The notes beneath the pieces are model-generated. The model did no database searches. It saw nothing but the letters and a program-made list of their open reading frames with translations, and was not told the origin of the DNA. 64,000 bases of DNA from Candidatus Moraniibacteriota bacterium (GTDB lineage: Bacteria > Patescibacteriota > Minisyncoccia > Moranbacterales > UBA1568), in NCBI GenBank assembly GCA_018062205.1, contig JAGOSP010000003.1, positions 17,220-81,219 of the forward strand. The letters run 5' to 3'. Of the stretch, positions 27,874-37,497 are shown in pieces (the stretch's first letter is position 1; each line of letters begins with the position of its first letter). The translations under genes and the position numbers were made by a program.

Positions 27874-29173
27874 AAGACATATTTCCCAAGGCTAAAACAA
27901 AAAGAAGTATCGGCAAGATTTGGACAGAAAAAAGAGGCGTCTCGACCATCGAATGTCCAAAAAAAATCAACAATGAACAAAAAATGGCTAAAGAAAAGCC
28001 TTTCGGCCTCTGTTCGCTTTGAGTATACGCCAGAATTATAGTTCGAAGAAAGAAGAAAAGAAGGAAAAGCGTCCCGATAACCCCTATTTCAACAGCGAGA
28101 TCTAGCCAAAGATTGTGCACATAGATTGGATCGCGCCGATCCGCTGACGGCTTTACAATGAGTGGATAATTTCCTAATCCGACACCTGTCCAGAAATGCT
28201 CTCCTATATGCGTCACCGCTTCCTGATACAGGCTCATCCGGATAGAAACAGATGTGTCCTCTTGAGAAAAACTTGACCAAAAACGCTCACTAACAGGGTT
28301 CGGTAAAAAAAGGAAAACTCCAAGAAAACCCAGTCCTAAGAATAGTTTTCTTAAGTTCGTATTTTGCTGAGAAAGGAAATAAACCAGAAGCCCGAGAAGA
28401 GCGAATGTAAGACCGAGATATGCTCCGCGAGAGAATGTCAGAAGATCGGCAACAAAAATAATGCTGGCCGCCCACCGCCAAAGTGCTCTTTTTTCATTCC
28501 AAGCAAAGAATACTGCGAAAGGAAAGGCGATCCCTAAAAAAAATGCGTGCATATGCGGATCTGGGAAAAAAGCTGATGCACGCATTATTGTTTCCCCAGA
28601 AAGATTGGCGAGGAGACTCGGGTATTCCGCTACCACAGAGGAAAAGGCATCCCCCAAGAAAAAAGGGAGTAGGTTTTTTGTCCACCAGGAAAAAAGGGTT
28701 TCTGCGGAAACAAAAAATTGTAGTCCCACCTGCACACAACCGACTATCGCTGAAAAAAATGCCCCTAAAACAAAAGATTGGGCGAGAATAACACCTCGAT
28801 ACCGACTCACGGTTAACTTCTCAATAAACACGAGATAAAGGGGAAGAAATGAGATTAAAAAGAAGAGCTTTCTCCATGCCCACGATGTCTCATTCGCAAA
28901 AAACACAGACAATCCAAGAAAAAAACAGAAAGAGAGGAGCGCTGCTGTTTGCAAATCCCATGGAATTCGAAATGTTCTCCGAAAAATACCTCGAAAAAAC
29001 CATACCAGGAAAATTATCACCGCGGAGAACCGTGCCAAGGGGAGGTCTATTCCGGCCACGGGAGACAAGGCAAACTGAAACGGAAGGAAAAAAAGAAAAA
29101 ATCGCAGAATAAACATGTCTTTCAAGAAAAGAGTAATCGGCAGAATCGGCAGAATCGGAATACAGAAAGCCAT
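27860..29173 (-). CDS. O-antigen ligase/polymerase-like polytopic membrane protein (second copy)
   Basis: 437 aa polytopic; TFSRGAYLGLTFALLGLLVYF loop region typical of the Wzy_C family; start overlaps upstream gene by 14 bp. Confidence 0.5.
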   Translation of the reverse strand: MAFCIPILPILPITLFLKDMFILRFFLFFLPFQFALSPVAGIDLPLARFSAVIIFLVWFFRGIFRRTFRIPWDLQTAALLSFCFFLGLSVFFANETSWAWRKLFFLISFLPLYLVFIEKLTVSRYRGVILAQSFVLGAFFSAIVGCVQVGLQFFVSAETLFSWWTKNLLPFFLGDAFSSVVAEYPSLLANLSGETIMRASAFFPDPHMHAFFLGIAFPFAVFFAWNEKRALWRWAASIIFVADLLTFSRGAYLGLTFALLGLLVYFLSQQNTNLRKLFLGLGFLGVFLFLPNPVSERFWSSFSQEDTSVSIRMSLYQEAVTHIGEHFWTGVGLGNYPLIVKPSADRRDPIYVHNLWLDLAVEIGVIGTLFLLFFFLRTIILAYTQSEQRPKGFSLAIFCSLLIFFGHSMVETPLFSVQILPILLFVLALGNMSYEQK

Positions 29174-29949
29174 GCAGGACCATAGTATTTTTGAATATAA
29201 CGATCCTGCGAAGCGTAATAATACTTTTTCTGTTTTTCTTTTCCCTCAATATGGCTCGCTCCTCCACGATGTGAAAAATAAACCATATCATTTCGCCTTA
29301 TCTCCAGCCCTTTTCCTTTTGCCCGACGACAAAAATCGACATCCTCGTAATAAAGAAAATATTTTTCATCAAAACCATTGAGTGAATCGAAGTCTGTCTT
29401 TCGAATAGCAAACGCCGCGCCGCTCACCCATCCAAGAGACTTCCGGCTGAAAAAAGCCCATATTTTTGCAAAAGGAAATATATTTTGCAAAAATATCCCC
29501 CACGGGGAAACAATCCGCCCGCTACTCCACGGCTCTTCATGTCCATATCGAAGAAGAATCGGTGCCATAATTATTGGCTCATTTCCAAAAAAATCTTGCT
29601 TCCACGAAGAGGCGGGGGCTGCCGAAAGAAAACGCACATCTGGATTAAGAAAAAAGACAATATCACCTCGTGCCGCCTGAACACCGCGATTACACGCACA
29701 GGCAAACCCAATATTCTCTTTTGTTTCAAGAATACGAACAAAGCCTATCTTCTGAAACATTTTTTGGAGAAGGAGCGATTCTTCTTTGTCGTTATTTATA
29801 ATAATGAATTCTCCTTGTGTAAAAAAATCTGGTGGAAAACTCCGAAACATCCGCCCAAGCGCAGTGGCACTTCGATAATTCACGGTAATGAAAGAATATT
29901 TCGGATTAGCGCATTTTTTGGAAAAAATCCCCATAAGCCTGCCGTACAA
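29122..29949 (-). CDS. family-2 glycosyltransferase
   Basis: ITVNYRS...ACNRGVQAARGDIVFFLNPD (DxD region) typical of GT2. Confidence 0.7.
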   Translation of the reverse strand: MYGRLMGIFSKKCANPKYSFITVNYRSATALGRMFRSFPPDFFTQGEFIIINNDKEESLLLQKMFQKIGFVRILETKENIGFACACNRGVQAARGDIVFFLNPDVRFLSAAPASSWKQDFFGNEPIIMAPILLRYGHEEPWSSGRIVSPWGIFLQNIFPFAKIWAFFSRKSLGWVSGAAFAIRKTDFDSLNGFDEKYFLYYEDVDFCRRAKGKGLEIRRNDMVYFSHRGGASHIEGKEKQKKYYYASQDRYIQKYYGPAWLSVFRFCRFCRLLFS

Positions 29950-30766
29950 GAGCAGCTTCCTTTCCTCCCCAAAGCAAGCAATCTAGCCAATTTTTTAGTC
30001 TCCGTATTGTAGCATAAATTCTCATGTATCCCATCGTTACGCCAGATGCATGCTTGAAGAAGAAAAAAAGGCCGGAATAAACCAAATGATAGACTTTCTT
30101 TGGATGAATTTGGCTTACTTCTCCGTGATCAACAAGCGCTGCGGGAACCGCCAACAGCTGGAAACCTGCCTTTTTCGCTCTCACGCTGAAATCAGCGTCC
30201 TCATAATATAAGAAAAATTTCTCATCAAACCCCCCAATTATTCCCACGGCTTCCATGGGAATAAAAAGTGCACAGCCAGTGAGAAAGTCCTCGTTCCTCT
30301 TCTGTGGACATATTTTCTGCCGATGCAAAGCTCTCATGCGCCACCAAGAAAGACTTCCTCCTGAAAACCATACACCCCCAGCCTTATCAAAAATAATTGG
30401 CGAAAGAAGTGCCTTCGGCATATCTCTTGTCGCAAGAAGAAGCGCCCTTAAGGCATATTGTCTCGCTCGAGCGTCTGGGTTAAAAAGCCAAGCATGAGTC
30501 GCTTGTAATTCCTGCGCTTTTTTTAGTCCCTGATTAACCGCCCTTGCAAATCCAACATTCTCAGAATTACGGATAACAACAAGTTGGGGGAAATCTTTTT
30601 CTGCTAAACAGAGCGAGTCGTCCTGAGAAGCGTTATCGACTACAATTAATATATTTGGAGCCCTCTCAAGCTGTACTAAAGACCAGAGAGCACCCTGAAG
30701 ATCATCTCCGCTCTCATAGTTCACCAAAATAGCTGCCACCATCTCTGAGTAAATATTTTGTTCCAT
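29906..30766 (-). CDS. family-2 glycosyltransferase
   Basis: VAAILVNYES...IVVDNASQDDS...GFARAVNQG...YEDADFS typical of GT2. Confidence 0.7.
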   Translation of the reverse strand: MEQNIYSEMVAAILVNYESGDDLQGALWSLVQLERAPNILIVVDNASQDDSLCLAEKDFPQLVVIRNSENVGFARAVNQGLKKAQELQATHAWLFNPDARARQYALRALLLATRDMPKALLSPIIFDKAGGVWFSGGSLSWWRMRALHRQKICPQKRNEDFLTGCALFIPMEAVGIIGGFDEKFFLYYEDADFSVRAKKAGFQLLAVPAALVDHGEVSQIHPKKVYHLVYSGLFFFFKHASGVTMGYMRIYATIRRLKNWLDCLLWGGKEAALVRQAYGDFFQKMR

Positions 30767-30862
30767 ATTCTTCTTTCAAAATGCTCAACAAGGAAAAGAA
30801 AGGCTTTCGCCCTCCTCAAACCAAGGGTAATCATCAAATAAACACTGTGAGCTGCCAAAAAA

Positions 30863-32314
30863 TTAGGGGCTAACTGGTATTTCGGCTAAATCATCCTCTC
30901 CTTTCGAAAAAAGGCTCATCACTTCATCGGAAGAAATAGCGCGCGTTGTCCACAAAAGACCCGCATAAACGACCAAGGAGACACTCCCGGCGACAACAAA
31001 TGGTGCCCCAGAAAGAAAATACAAGGCAAGCGCCATACCACAAGCTGATAATAATACCTTGCCTATACCAGCAAATTGAGGAAAGAAGTGAAGGTTTCGG
31101 TATACCAAAAAGCCAGTCAGTGTCACGACAAGGCCTTCGGTTAGAACGGCGGCTGTTGCGGCTCCAAAATATGAATAACGAGAAACAATAAACAGATTAA
31201 AGATAATATTGAATGCTGCTACAAAAAGCAGGGCCTGCATAAGCTTTTTTTGCATATGTCCGACTATTAGTATCATATTAAAAAAGTGCCCGAAGAAAAT
31301 ACACGCTAGAGAAAAAACAAGGATGCGTAATACAGGAATTGAGGCAGAGAATTCAGGCCCGCTGATAATGTGTACAATATCCTTAGCCAAGAAAAAAGTG
31401 CCCAGCACAACAGGAAGCACAATAATCACGAATACTTTAAATGTTTTATTAGCTATCTCCCTAAATTTTTTCTTATCTGAGATAAAGTATCGAGCAAGTA
31501 AGGGGAGAATCAGGCCGGCAAGCATCGCAGGGAAGAAGACGAGATTTTCAATAATTTTATAAGCAACGTTGTAAATACCAACATCTGCACTTGTTTGAAA
31601 AAGAGAAAGGAGAATAGTATCAGTCTTAAAATAAGCAAATGTAATAATAGCGGTGGCCCCCATTGGTAAAGATTCCTTCAGAAAATCCTTCCAAAACAAA
31701 AGATTGAACTGCGGAACGAAATGTACGAATCTGCGACTAACGATTAATACTGTTACAATATTAAAGGCAAGCGCAACTAAAACAGAAAAAACTATCGGCA
31801 AAAAACCAAGGTCAAACTTCACGATAAGAGCAATCAGACTTACCTGAATAAGCTTGCCAACAAATTCTGCCATAGCAACTCTGTCCATAGCGATCCTCTT
31901 CTGGAATATACCATTCATTACAGAAGACATAGAGCTAAATAAGGACGCACAGGCCACGATAAGAATCCCCCATTTTACTTCAGTTGAATACTCAAAGAAG
32001 AAAATGATGGCTGGAGCTATTATTATGAGAATTGCCGAACTTATAAGCCGTAAACCAACAATATTTCCAAGAATTTTTTTTTCGTCAGCACCTTCTTTCG
32101 CTATTTCTCGAGCAGTTACCTGGCCAAGGCCAAGGTCTCCAATAGCGGAAAAAAATGAAAAAAAAGCCAACACTGTTGCGTATTTTCCAAACCCATCCTG
32201 TCCAAGATACCCGGTGATTAATCGCACAAGAAAAAGCGACAGTATCACTGTTGATACCACCTTAAGTACAGAATTAAAAATCACATTATAAGCGAGTTTG
32301 CGTACGATGGCCAT
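30863..32314 (-). CDS. polysaccharide biosynthesis protein / Wzx-like flippase (MOP superfamily)
   Basis: 483 aa, ~14 TM helices, overall pattern of oligosaccharide flippases. Confidence 0.65.
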   Translation of the reverse strand: MAIVRKLAYNVIFNSVLKVVSTVILSLFLVRLITGYLGQDGFGKYATVLAFFSFFSAIGDLGLGQVTAREIAKEGADEKKILGNIVGLRLISSAILIIIAPAIIFFFEYSTEVKWGILIVACASLFSSMSSVMNGIFQKRIAMDRVAMAEFVGKLIQVSLIALIVKFDLGFLPIVFSVLVALAFNIVTVLIVSRRFVHFVPQFNLLFWKDFLKESLPMGATAIITFAYFKTDTILLSLFQTSADVGIYNVAYKIIENLVFFPAMLAGLILPLLARYFISDKKKFREIANKTFKVFVIIVLPVVLGTFFLAKDIVHIISGPEFSASIPVLRILVFSLACIFFGHFFNMILIVGHMQKKLMQALLFVAAFNIIFNLFIVSRYSYFGAATAAVLTEGLVVTLTGFLVYRNLHFFPQFAGIGKVLLSACGMALALYFLSGAPFVVAGSVSLVVYAGLLWTTRAISSDEVMSLFSKGEDDLAEIPVSP

Positions 32315-32328
32315 GCGTCTAGGATACC

Positions 32329-32832
32329 TTATTCTGCAGTTTCTGGCACGTCATCAGAAGAAATCTTCGGACGGATAAAAATTTTTCTTTGGTCTCCCGT
32401 CCCAACACTTTCTGTTTTTACTTTTGGATGCCCAGAGAGATATCGATGTACCAGCTTCCTTTCGAAAGAAAACATCGGCCGCAATGCTACAGAAGCATTT
32501 TGTGAAAGTGTCTCTACGACGGCCTTATCTACATCCTGGAAAAGAAGTACTTCTTTTTCCTTCATATAATCGTTAATATCAAGCGTCACTCCGGATACAG
32601 TGCTGCCATTTTTTCGATACAAAGCCCGGAAAAGATGCTGGAGAGCAGCTAAATTCGCCCCTCTTTGCCCAATCAAGAAATGCTGGTCTTCTTTTACTGA
32701 AAACGCAACCCGAAGAGCGCCCTCTTCAAGAATATCTTCAGAAATAGTCACTTCAGCTTGAAAACCAAGTTTTTGCGCTAATTCCACTGCTAACTCTCGA
32801 ATATTCTTCATATCTTCTGATGTTGCTTGCAT
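32329..32832 (-). CDS. jag: RNA-binding protein KhpB/Jag (KH + R3H domains)
   Basis: LIGQRGANLAALQHL (KH GxxG) and ERKLVHRYL (R3H); conserved position downstream of yidC. Confidence 0.75.
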   Translation of the reverse strand: MQATSEDMKNIRELAVELAQKLGFQAEVTISEDILEEGALRVAFSVKEDQHFLIGQRGANLAALQHLFRALYRKNGSTVSGVTLDINDYMKEKEVLLFQDVDKAVVETLSQNASVALRPMFSFERKLVHRYLSGHPKVKTESVGTGDQRKIFIRPKISSDDVPETAE

Positions 32833-32857
32833 AGATGTGCTTTCATTACGCGATTAT

Positions 32858-33589
32858 CTATTTCTTTGCCTTCTGAAGGTTGAGTATATACTGTTGCTGC
32901 CCGATCATAAAGAGTGTTGAGACAAGCCAATATAAAGTCAGCGCCGAAGCCAACTTGATACCAAAGATAAGGATCATGGCTGGCATAATAATCAACATCT
33001 GCTTATTCATTATTGACGCAATGTCTGGCTCTCCTGTAGTATCCTTTTCTGTTTGTTTTGGCTGAGCCGCAATCATCATTTTTAGTTGAAAATACTGGGC
33101 AACAGCGGTCATCACAGCGAGAACAACGCTCGGAGCTGTTAAATCAAGAAAGTGGAGAAAAAAATGGTTGATAGATTCTGGATACGAAACAAATGAATAC
33201 ATATCAGCTCCATTCACCATGAAGCCACCCCCCGATGTGTTAAAGATAATCCGATAAATAGCGAAAAAGAAGAACATTTGAATAATCAAAGGCAGACACC
33301 CCCCAAACGGGTTCACCTTGTTCTCCTTATAAAAATTCATAATCTCCCGTGTCTGCTTTTCCTTATCATCTTTGTATTTCTTTTGCAAAGCCTTAATTTT
33401 TGGCTGGACTTCTTGTAATTTTTTTTGTGATTCGATTTGCTTGTTTGTAAGCGGGATAAGAACCGTTTTCAGCAAAACTGTTGTCAAAATAATCGCAATA
33501 CCAAAATCATGCCACGCAACATCATAGAAAAAAATGATGATGTTATATAGTGGCTTATAAAATATTTCGTGAAAAAAATCGCTAAACAT
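32858..33589 (-). CDS. yidC: membrane protein insertase YidC (short form)
   Basis: 243 aa, 5 TM, GGCLPLIIQMFFFFAIYRII motif; rnpA-yidC synteny. Confidence 0.85.
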   Translation of the reverse strand: MFSDFFHEIFYKPLYNIIIFFYDVAWHDFGIAIILTTVLLKTVLIPLTNKQIESQKKLQEVQPKIKALQKKYKDDKEKQTREIMNFYKENKVNPFGGCLPLIIQMFFFFAIYRIIFNTSGGGFMVNGADMYSFVSYPESINHFFLHFLDLTAPSVVLAVMTAVAQYFQLKMMIAAQPKQTEKDTTGEPDIASIMNKQMLIIMPAMILIFGIKLASALTLYWLVSTLFMIGQQQYILNLQKAKK

Positions 33590-33609
33590 ACTCTATTAAT
33601 ACCCTTAAC

Positions 33610-33939
33610 TTAATAAATTTTCCTGAAAATCAAAGACAAAGAAACTTCCAATGCTTCCTGAGAAAATCGTATTGGTTTCTTTGTTACAAAAACAACTACA
33701 TTATACCCTTCTGGCCACTTTTTTTGAAGCGACCGTGTTGCTTCTCGCGCCAAACGCTTAAATCGGTTTCGATTACTCGCCTTTTTTGCGTACTTTTTTG
33801 CGATAAGAAACGAGAATTTTGTCTCCTTAAGATTATTTTTTTGGAAACGAACACCAATATCCATGACAAAAAGAGGCTTCCCTTTGCGGAAAACCTCGTC
33901 AATATCTTCTTTGTGTAGCCGATTTGCTGACGGAAGCAT
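33610..33939 (-). CDS. rnpA: ribonuclease P protein component
   Basis: MLPSANRLHKEDIDEVFRKGK...SNRNRFKRLAREATR (RNR..KR..RE motif); follows rpmH. Confidence 0.85.
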   Translation of the reverse strand: MLPSANRLHKEDIDEVFRKGKPLFVMDIGVRFQKNNLKETKFSFLIAKKYAKKASNRNRFKRLAREATRSLQKKWPEGYNVVVFVTKKPIRFSQEALEVSLSLIFRKIY

Positions 33940-33947
33940 ACGGTTTT

Positions 33948-34085
33948 TTAGACCATGGTTAGTCTCTTTCGCCCAATGCGCCGTCGATTCTTAATGACGT
34001 TTCGACCATCAGAAGTATTCATGCGCTTCAAAAAGCCATGACGACGAGTTCTCCGACGAGTTTTCGGCTGATATGTACGCTTCAT
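33948..34085 (-). CDS. rpmH: 50S ribosomal protein L34
   Basis: Reverse-strand translation [45 protein letters not shown] (45 aa). It is not in the ORF track because it is under 60 aa. Confidence 0.9.
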   Translation of the reverse strand: MKRTYQPKTRRRTRRHGFLKRMNTSDGRNVIKNRRRIGRKRLTMV

Positions 34086-34108
34086 AGCCAATACCTTAAT
34101 TCAAGCAC

Positions 34109-35743
34109 TTGACAACTCTATCAGTCTTTCAAAAAAAAATCAAGTCTCCTGTTATCCACTATAAACTCCCATTAATCCACATCATCAAAGACCGTGTTCT
34201 CTGGAAAAGGAAAAAACTACGTGCTATAATAGCATTTACTCACAAAAATACCCTCGTCAAACCAGTCGCAAGCGCTTCTTATACTATAAAATGTGCATTT
34301 GTGGATAATTCGAATCTCATCCCGTTTGAAGCGCTTTGGAAAGCTGTCCTTGATCAGATTGAACTTTCAATCTCTCGAGCAAATTTTGTCACTTGGTTTA
34401 AAAACACTTCTATTCTCTCTTTAGAAAACGGGAAAGTTATTATTGGCGTCCCAAATGGTTTTGCAAAAGAGTGGCTAGAAAATAAATACAATCACTACCT
34501 TCTTCGTGCCTTCCACTCCGTACAAAGTGAGGTTTCTGAAATTCATTGCCAAATTACCCCTGATAAACCAATCACACCCGCACTCCCTCGCGAACCCATA
34601 CGTTCTCTTGATATGATACAACGGCCGTCTCTTGATGGTTTTTTGCGAAAAAAACTCACTGGATCACCTTCTGTTCGGCCACAACTTGAGTTTTCGCAAG
34701 AAAAGCCACACAACAATAATCTTAATACACGCTACCTTTTTGAAAATTTCATCGTAGCTGAAAATAATGAGCTCGCAAAAGCAGCCTGTTATGCTGTTTC
34801 TCAAAATCTTGGAACTACTTACAACCCACTTTTTATTTACGGAGGGGTTGGACTCGGAAAAACACACCTTCTTCAATCAATCGGTAATGAAATATCCCAA
34901 CATTTTCCGGAAAAGAAAATAAAATATATCACATCCGAGCGCTTTACTACCGAACTTATCGACTCAATAAAAACTCAAAAAACCGACCAATTTAAGGAAT
35001 ATTACCAACAAATGGATCTTCTTATCATTGATGATGTCCAATTTCTTTCTGGAAAAGAAAAAACCCAAATAGAATTCTTTCATATTTTTAATGCTCTCTA
35101 TCAGTTGAACAAACAAATTGTTATTTCAAGCGATCGCCCACCAAAGGCGATCGCCACCCTTGAGGATCGTCTTCGGTCTCGATTTGAGGGAGGTATGATT
35201 ACCGATATTAGTCGCCCAAACCTCGAAACCCGTATCGCTATTCTTGAAGCAAAGGCTCATGAGCGAAATATTTCTATTGATGAACATTCAATACGGTTTA
35301 TTGCTGAACATATCACCCAAAATATCCGAGAGCTCGAAGGTGCCCTCAATAGAATTCATGCTTTTTCTGAATTCCACAAAATACCCACTACCCTTGCTGT
35401 AACAACAAGAGTATTAGAGCAATTAATAGAAAATAATAGAAAAAGTATTAAATCTGAAGATATATTTCGTGTCATAATTGATTACTATGGCGTATCCGAA
35501 GAAAGCCTCATTAAAAAAGGACGTAAAAAAGAAATTGTTCATTCTCGACAAATGACAATGTATCTTCTTCGAAATGAGCTCCAAATGTCACTTGCTTCTA
35601 TTGGTACAGCTTTAGGAGGAAGAGATCACACAACAGTGCTTCATGCTTGTGAAAAAATAGAAAAAGGCCTCCACGAAAACATCCGCCTAAAAGAAGAGCT
35701 CAACACCCTTAAAGAGCGCCTTTATTATGCTACCTGTGGATAA
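34109..35743 (+). CDS. dnaA: chromosomal replication initiator protein DnaA
   Basis: Walker A GGVGLGKTHLL, IIDDVQFL (Walker B), sensor/arginine-finger region, C-terminal DNA-binding domain (SLASIGTALGGRDHTTVLHA). The N-terminus probably starts at in-frame GTG 34301 (…VDNSNLIPFEALWKAVLDQ). Confidence 0.92.
   Translation: MTTLSVFQKKIKSPVIHYKLPLIHIIKDRVLWKRKKLRAIIAFTHKNTLVKPVASASYTIKCAFVDNSNLIPFEALWKAVLDQIELSISRANFVTWFKNTSILSLENGKVIIGVPNGFAKEWLENKYNHYLLRAFHSVQSEVSEIHCQITPDKPITPALPREPIRSLDMIQRPSLDGFLRKKLTGSPSVRPQLEFSQEKPHNNNLNTRYLFENFIVAENNELAKAACYAVSQNLGTTYNPLFIYGGVGLGKTHLLQSIGNEISQHFPEKKIKYITSERFTTELIDSIKTQKTDQFKEYYQQMDLLIIDDVQFLSGKEKTQIEFFHIFNALYQLNKQIVISSDRPPKAIATLEDRLRSRFEGGMITDISRPNLETRIAILEAKAHERNISIDEHSIRFIAEHITQNIRELEGALNRIHAFSEFHKIPTTLAVTTRVLEQLIENNRKSIKSEDIFRVIIDYYGVSEESLIKKGRKKEIVHSRQMTMYLLRNELQMSLASIGTALGGRDHTTVLHACEKIEKGLHENIRLKEELNTLKERLYYATCG
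34150..34182 (+). promoter_or_regulatory. DnaA boxes upstream of dnaA (TTATCCACT, TTAATCCACA)
   Basis: 9-mer matches to TTATCCACA at 34152-34160 and 34172-34181, upstream of the likely GTG start at 34301. Confidence 0.55.
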
Positions 35744-36024
35744 TTATGTATAAACACGCTTTTTACCTGGACATCGCCTCTATAATTCCATTTTATCTGT
35801 GGAAAAAATAGAATACTTTTTATTCACATTCCTCTATGATTAATTATCCTCGTTTTTATCCCACTCAATATTCAAATAAACTAACTCGTATTTCCTTCCA
35901 AAGAAGGAAGAAACAGACTTATCAACTTATCCACACTCCTAATAATAATAAGACTTTTTTTAAAAAATGGATTAATTCTTACTAAAGAAAAATCTCCCTT
36001 AATTCAAATTGTTTAAATATTTCT
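35744..36024. promoter_or_regulatory. candidate oriC (dnaA-dnaN intergenic): DnaA boxes plus AT-rich unwinding element
   Basis: Perfect TTATCCACA at 35927-35935, TGTGGAAAA (reverse TTTTCCACA) at 35798-35806, TTATCCCAC at ~35856-35864. An AT-rich stretch follows at 35936-36020 (AATAATAATAAGACTTTTTTTTAAAAAATGG...). Confidence 0.6.
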
Positions 36025-37155
36025 ATGAAACTTATTTGTACCCAAGAAAATCTTTCCCGATCAATCACTTACCTTGAGCGTATCACAGGGAAACAATCAA
36101 CATTACCTATATTGAGTAATATTCTTATTGAGGCTGAAAATGGGCGATTAAAACTCTCAGCAACTAATCTTGAGATTGGGGTAATTGTTAATATTGGTGC
36201 AAAAATAGAAGAAGAGGGAAAGATAACTATTCCAGCTAAACTTATAGGAAGTTTTATACATAATCTTCCTTCTGGGGATATTTTAAATCTTCAAACGGAA
36301 CAATCATCCCTTGTTATTCAAAGCACACAATATGAGGGGAAAATTAAAGGTATGGATGGAAAGGATTTTCCTATCATCCCTTGTTTTCAGGGCGAAGAAT
36401 ACCCATTTGTTTTTCCAGCTCAGTTTTTTAAAAACGCTCTTTCACAGATACTTTTTTGTGTAAGTCAAAATGAATCGCGAATGGAATTAACAGGGGTGAA
36501 TGTTTCTTTTGAAGAGAAATTCCTTTATTTAGCCGCCACAGATAGTTTTCGATTGGCTGAACAGACGTTTGAGCTTCCTTATGAAACACCGTCTACGCAG
36601 TCATTTATTATTCCAAGTGCAACATGTCAGGAGTTGCTTCGGATTATCACCCAGGAGAGCAAGGAGGTATTTGTAGCAATTGAAGAAAATCAGGCATTTT
36701 TTGAGGTGGATGGAGTAAAGATTGTTTCTCGGCTTATACATGGGAAATATCCTGATTATAAACAAATTATACCCATATCATTTCTTTCAACGTATCAAAT
36801 AAAAAGGGAGGAGCTTGTTCGCGCTGTAAAAATAACCAGCGTACTCTCTTCATATAATGCAGGAGAAATAACAATACGATTTACGGCTGGTTCTTCGGAG
36901 TGTAGTATTGAAGCGGTTTCTCAGGAAGTAGGTCAAAATAAAGCTCGTGTTCGTATTGAAAATCAATCAGGTGAAGATTTAGAACAAATTTTTACTTTTA
37001 ATCCGCGGTATGTTCTCGAGGGTTTAAACGCTTTTAAAGGAGAGTATGTTGTTTTTCATATAAACAATGCAACATCACCGGTAGTGTTGCGAGAAAAAGA
37101 GGGAGAGAAAGAAAAGGCACAATACTTCTATATCATGATGCCGGTACGAAAGTAG
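36025..37155 (+). CDS. dnaN: DNA polymerase III beta subunit (sliding clamp)
   Basis: 376 aa; MKLICTQENLSRSITYLERITG...LSATNLEIG, three-domain clamp size; follows dnaA. Confidence 0.9.
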   Translation: MKLICTQENLSRSITYLERITGKQSTLPILSNILIEAENGRLKLSATNLEIGVIVNIGAKIEEEGKITIPAKLIGSFIHNLPSGDILNLQTEQSSLVIQSTQYEGKIKGMDGKDFPIIPCFQGEEYPFVFPAQFFKNALSQILFCVSQNESRMELTGVNVSFEEKFLYLAATDSFRLAEQTFELPYETPSTQSFIIPSATCQELLRIITQESKEVFVAIEENQAFFEVDGVKIVSRLIHGKYPDYKQIIPISFLSTYQIKREELVRAVKITSVLSSYNAGEITIRFTAGSSECSIEAVSQEVGQNKARVRIENQSGEDLEQIFTFNPRYVLEGLNAFKGEYVVFHINNATSPVVLREKEGEKEKAQYFYIMMPVRK

Positions 37156-37163
37156 CAGAATAT

Positions 37164-37457
37164 ATGCGTTCACTAAAGGATTTGACAGTCAAGAGTGGGG
37201 GGTGGATTCAAGAGGAGCGGAAACTTGATGATAAGACCGTGTTTTTTGCGTTTGAGAAGGTGATTGGAGAGTGGTACGGAATGAAAGGAAGAGAGAATAT
37301 TTTTCCAGAACACTGGACTGATGGAGCTCTGCTTATTCGAGTTCGAAGTTCACTTTGGTTGAACGAACTTCTTTTAGAGAAAGAAAAACTTCAACGGGCA
37401 GTGAACGTTTTTTTGGGAGGAGAACCGGTAAAACAAATCACTTTTAAACGGGGATAA
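37164..37457 (+). CDS. DUF721-domain protein (DciA-like candidate helicase-loading factor)
   Basis: 97 aa; C-terminal ALLIRVRSSLWLNELLLEKEKLQRAVNVFLGGEPVKQITFKRG matches the DUF721 pattern (L.v.v.s..w..EL......l...ln..lG...v..i.fk.g); located immediately after dnaN. Confidence 0.45.
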   Translation: MRSLKDLTVKSGGWIQEERKLDDKTVFFAFEKVIGEWYGMKGRENIFPEHWTDGALLIRVRSSLWLNELLLEKEKLQRAVNVFLGGEPVKQITFKRG

Positions 37458-37497
37458 AAAAGAGGTGTAAAAAAATCTCTCTAAAATACGTATTTTT

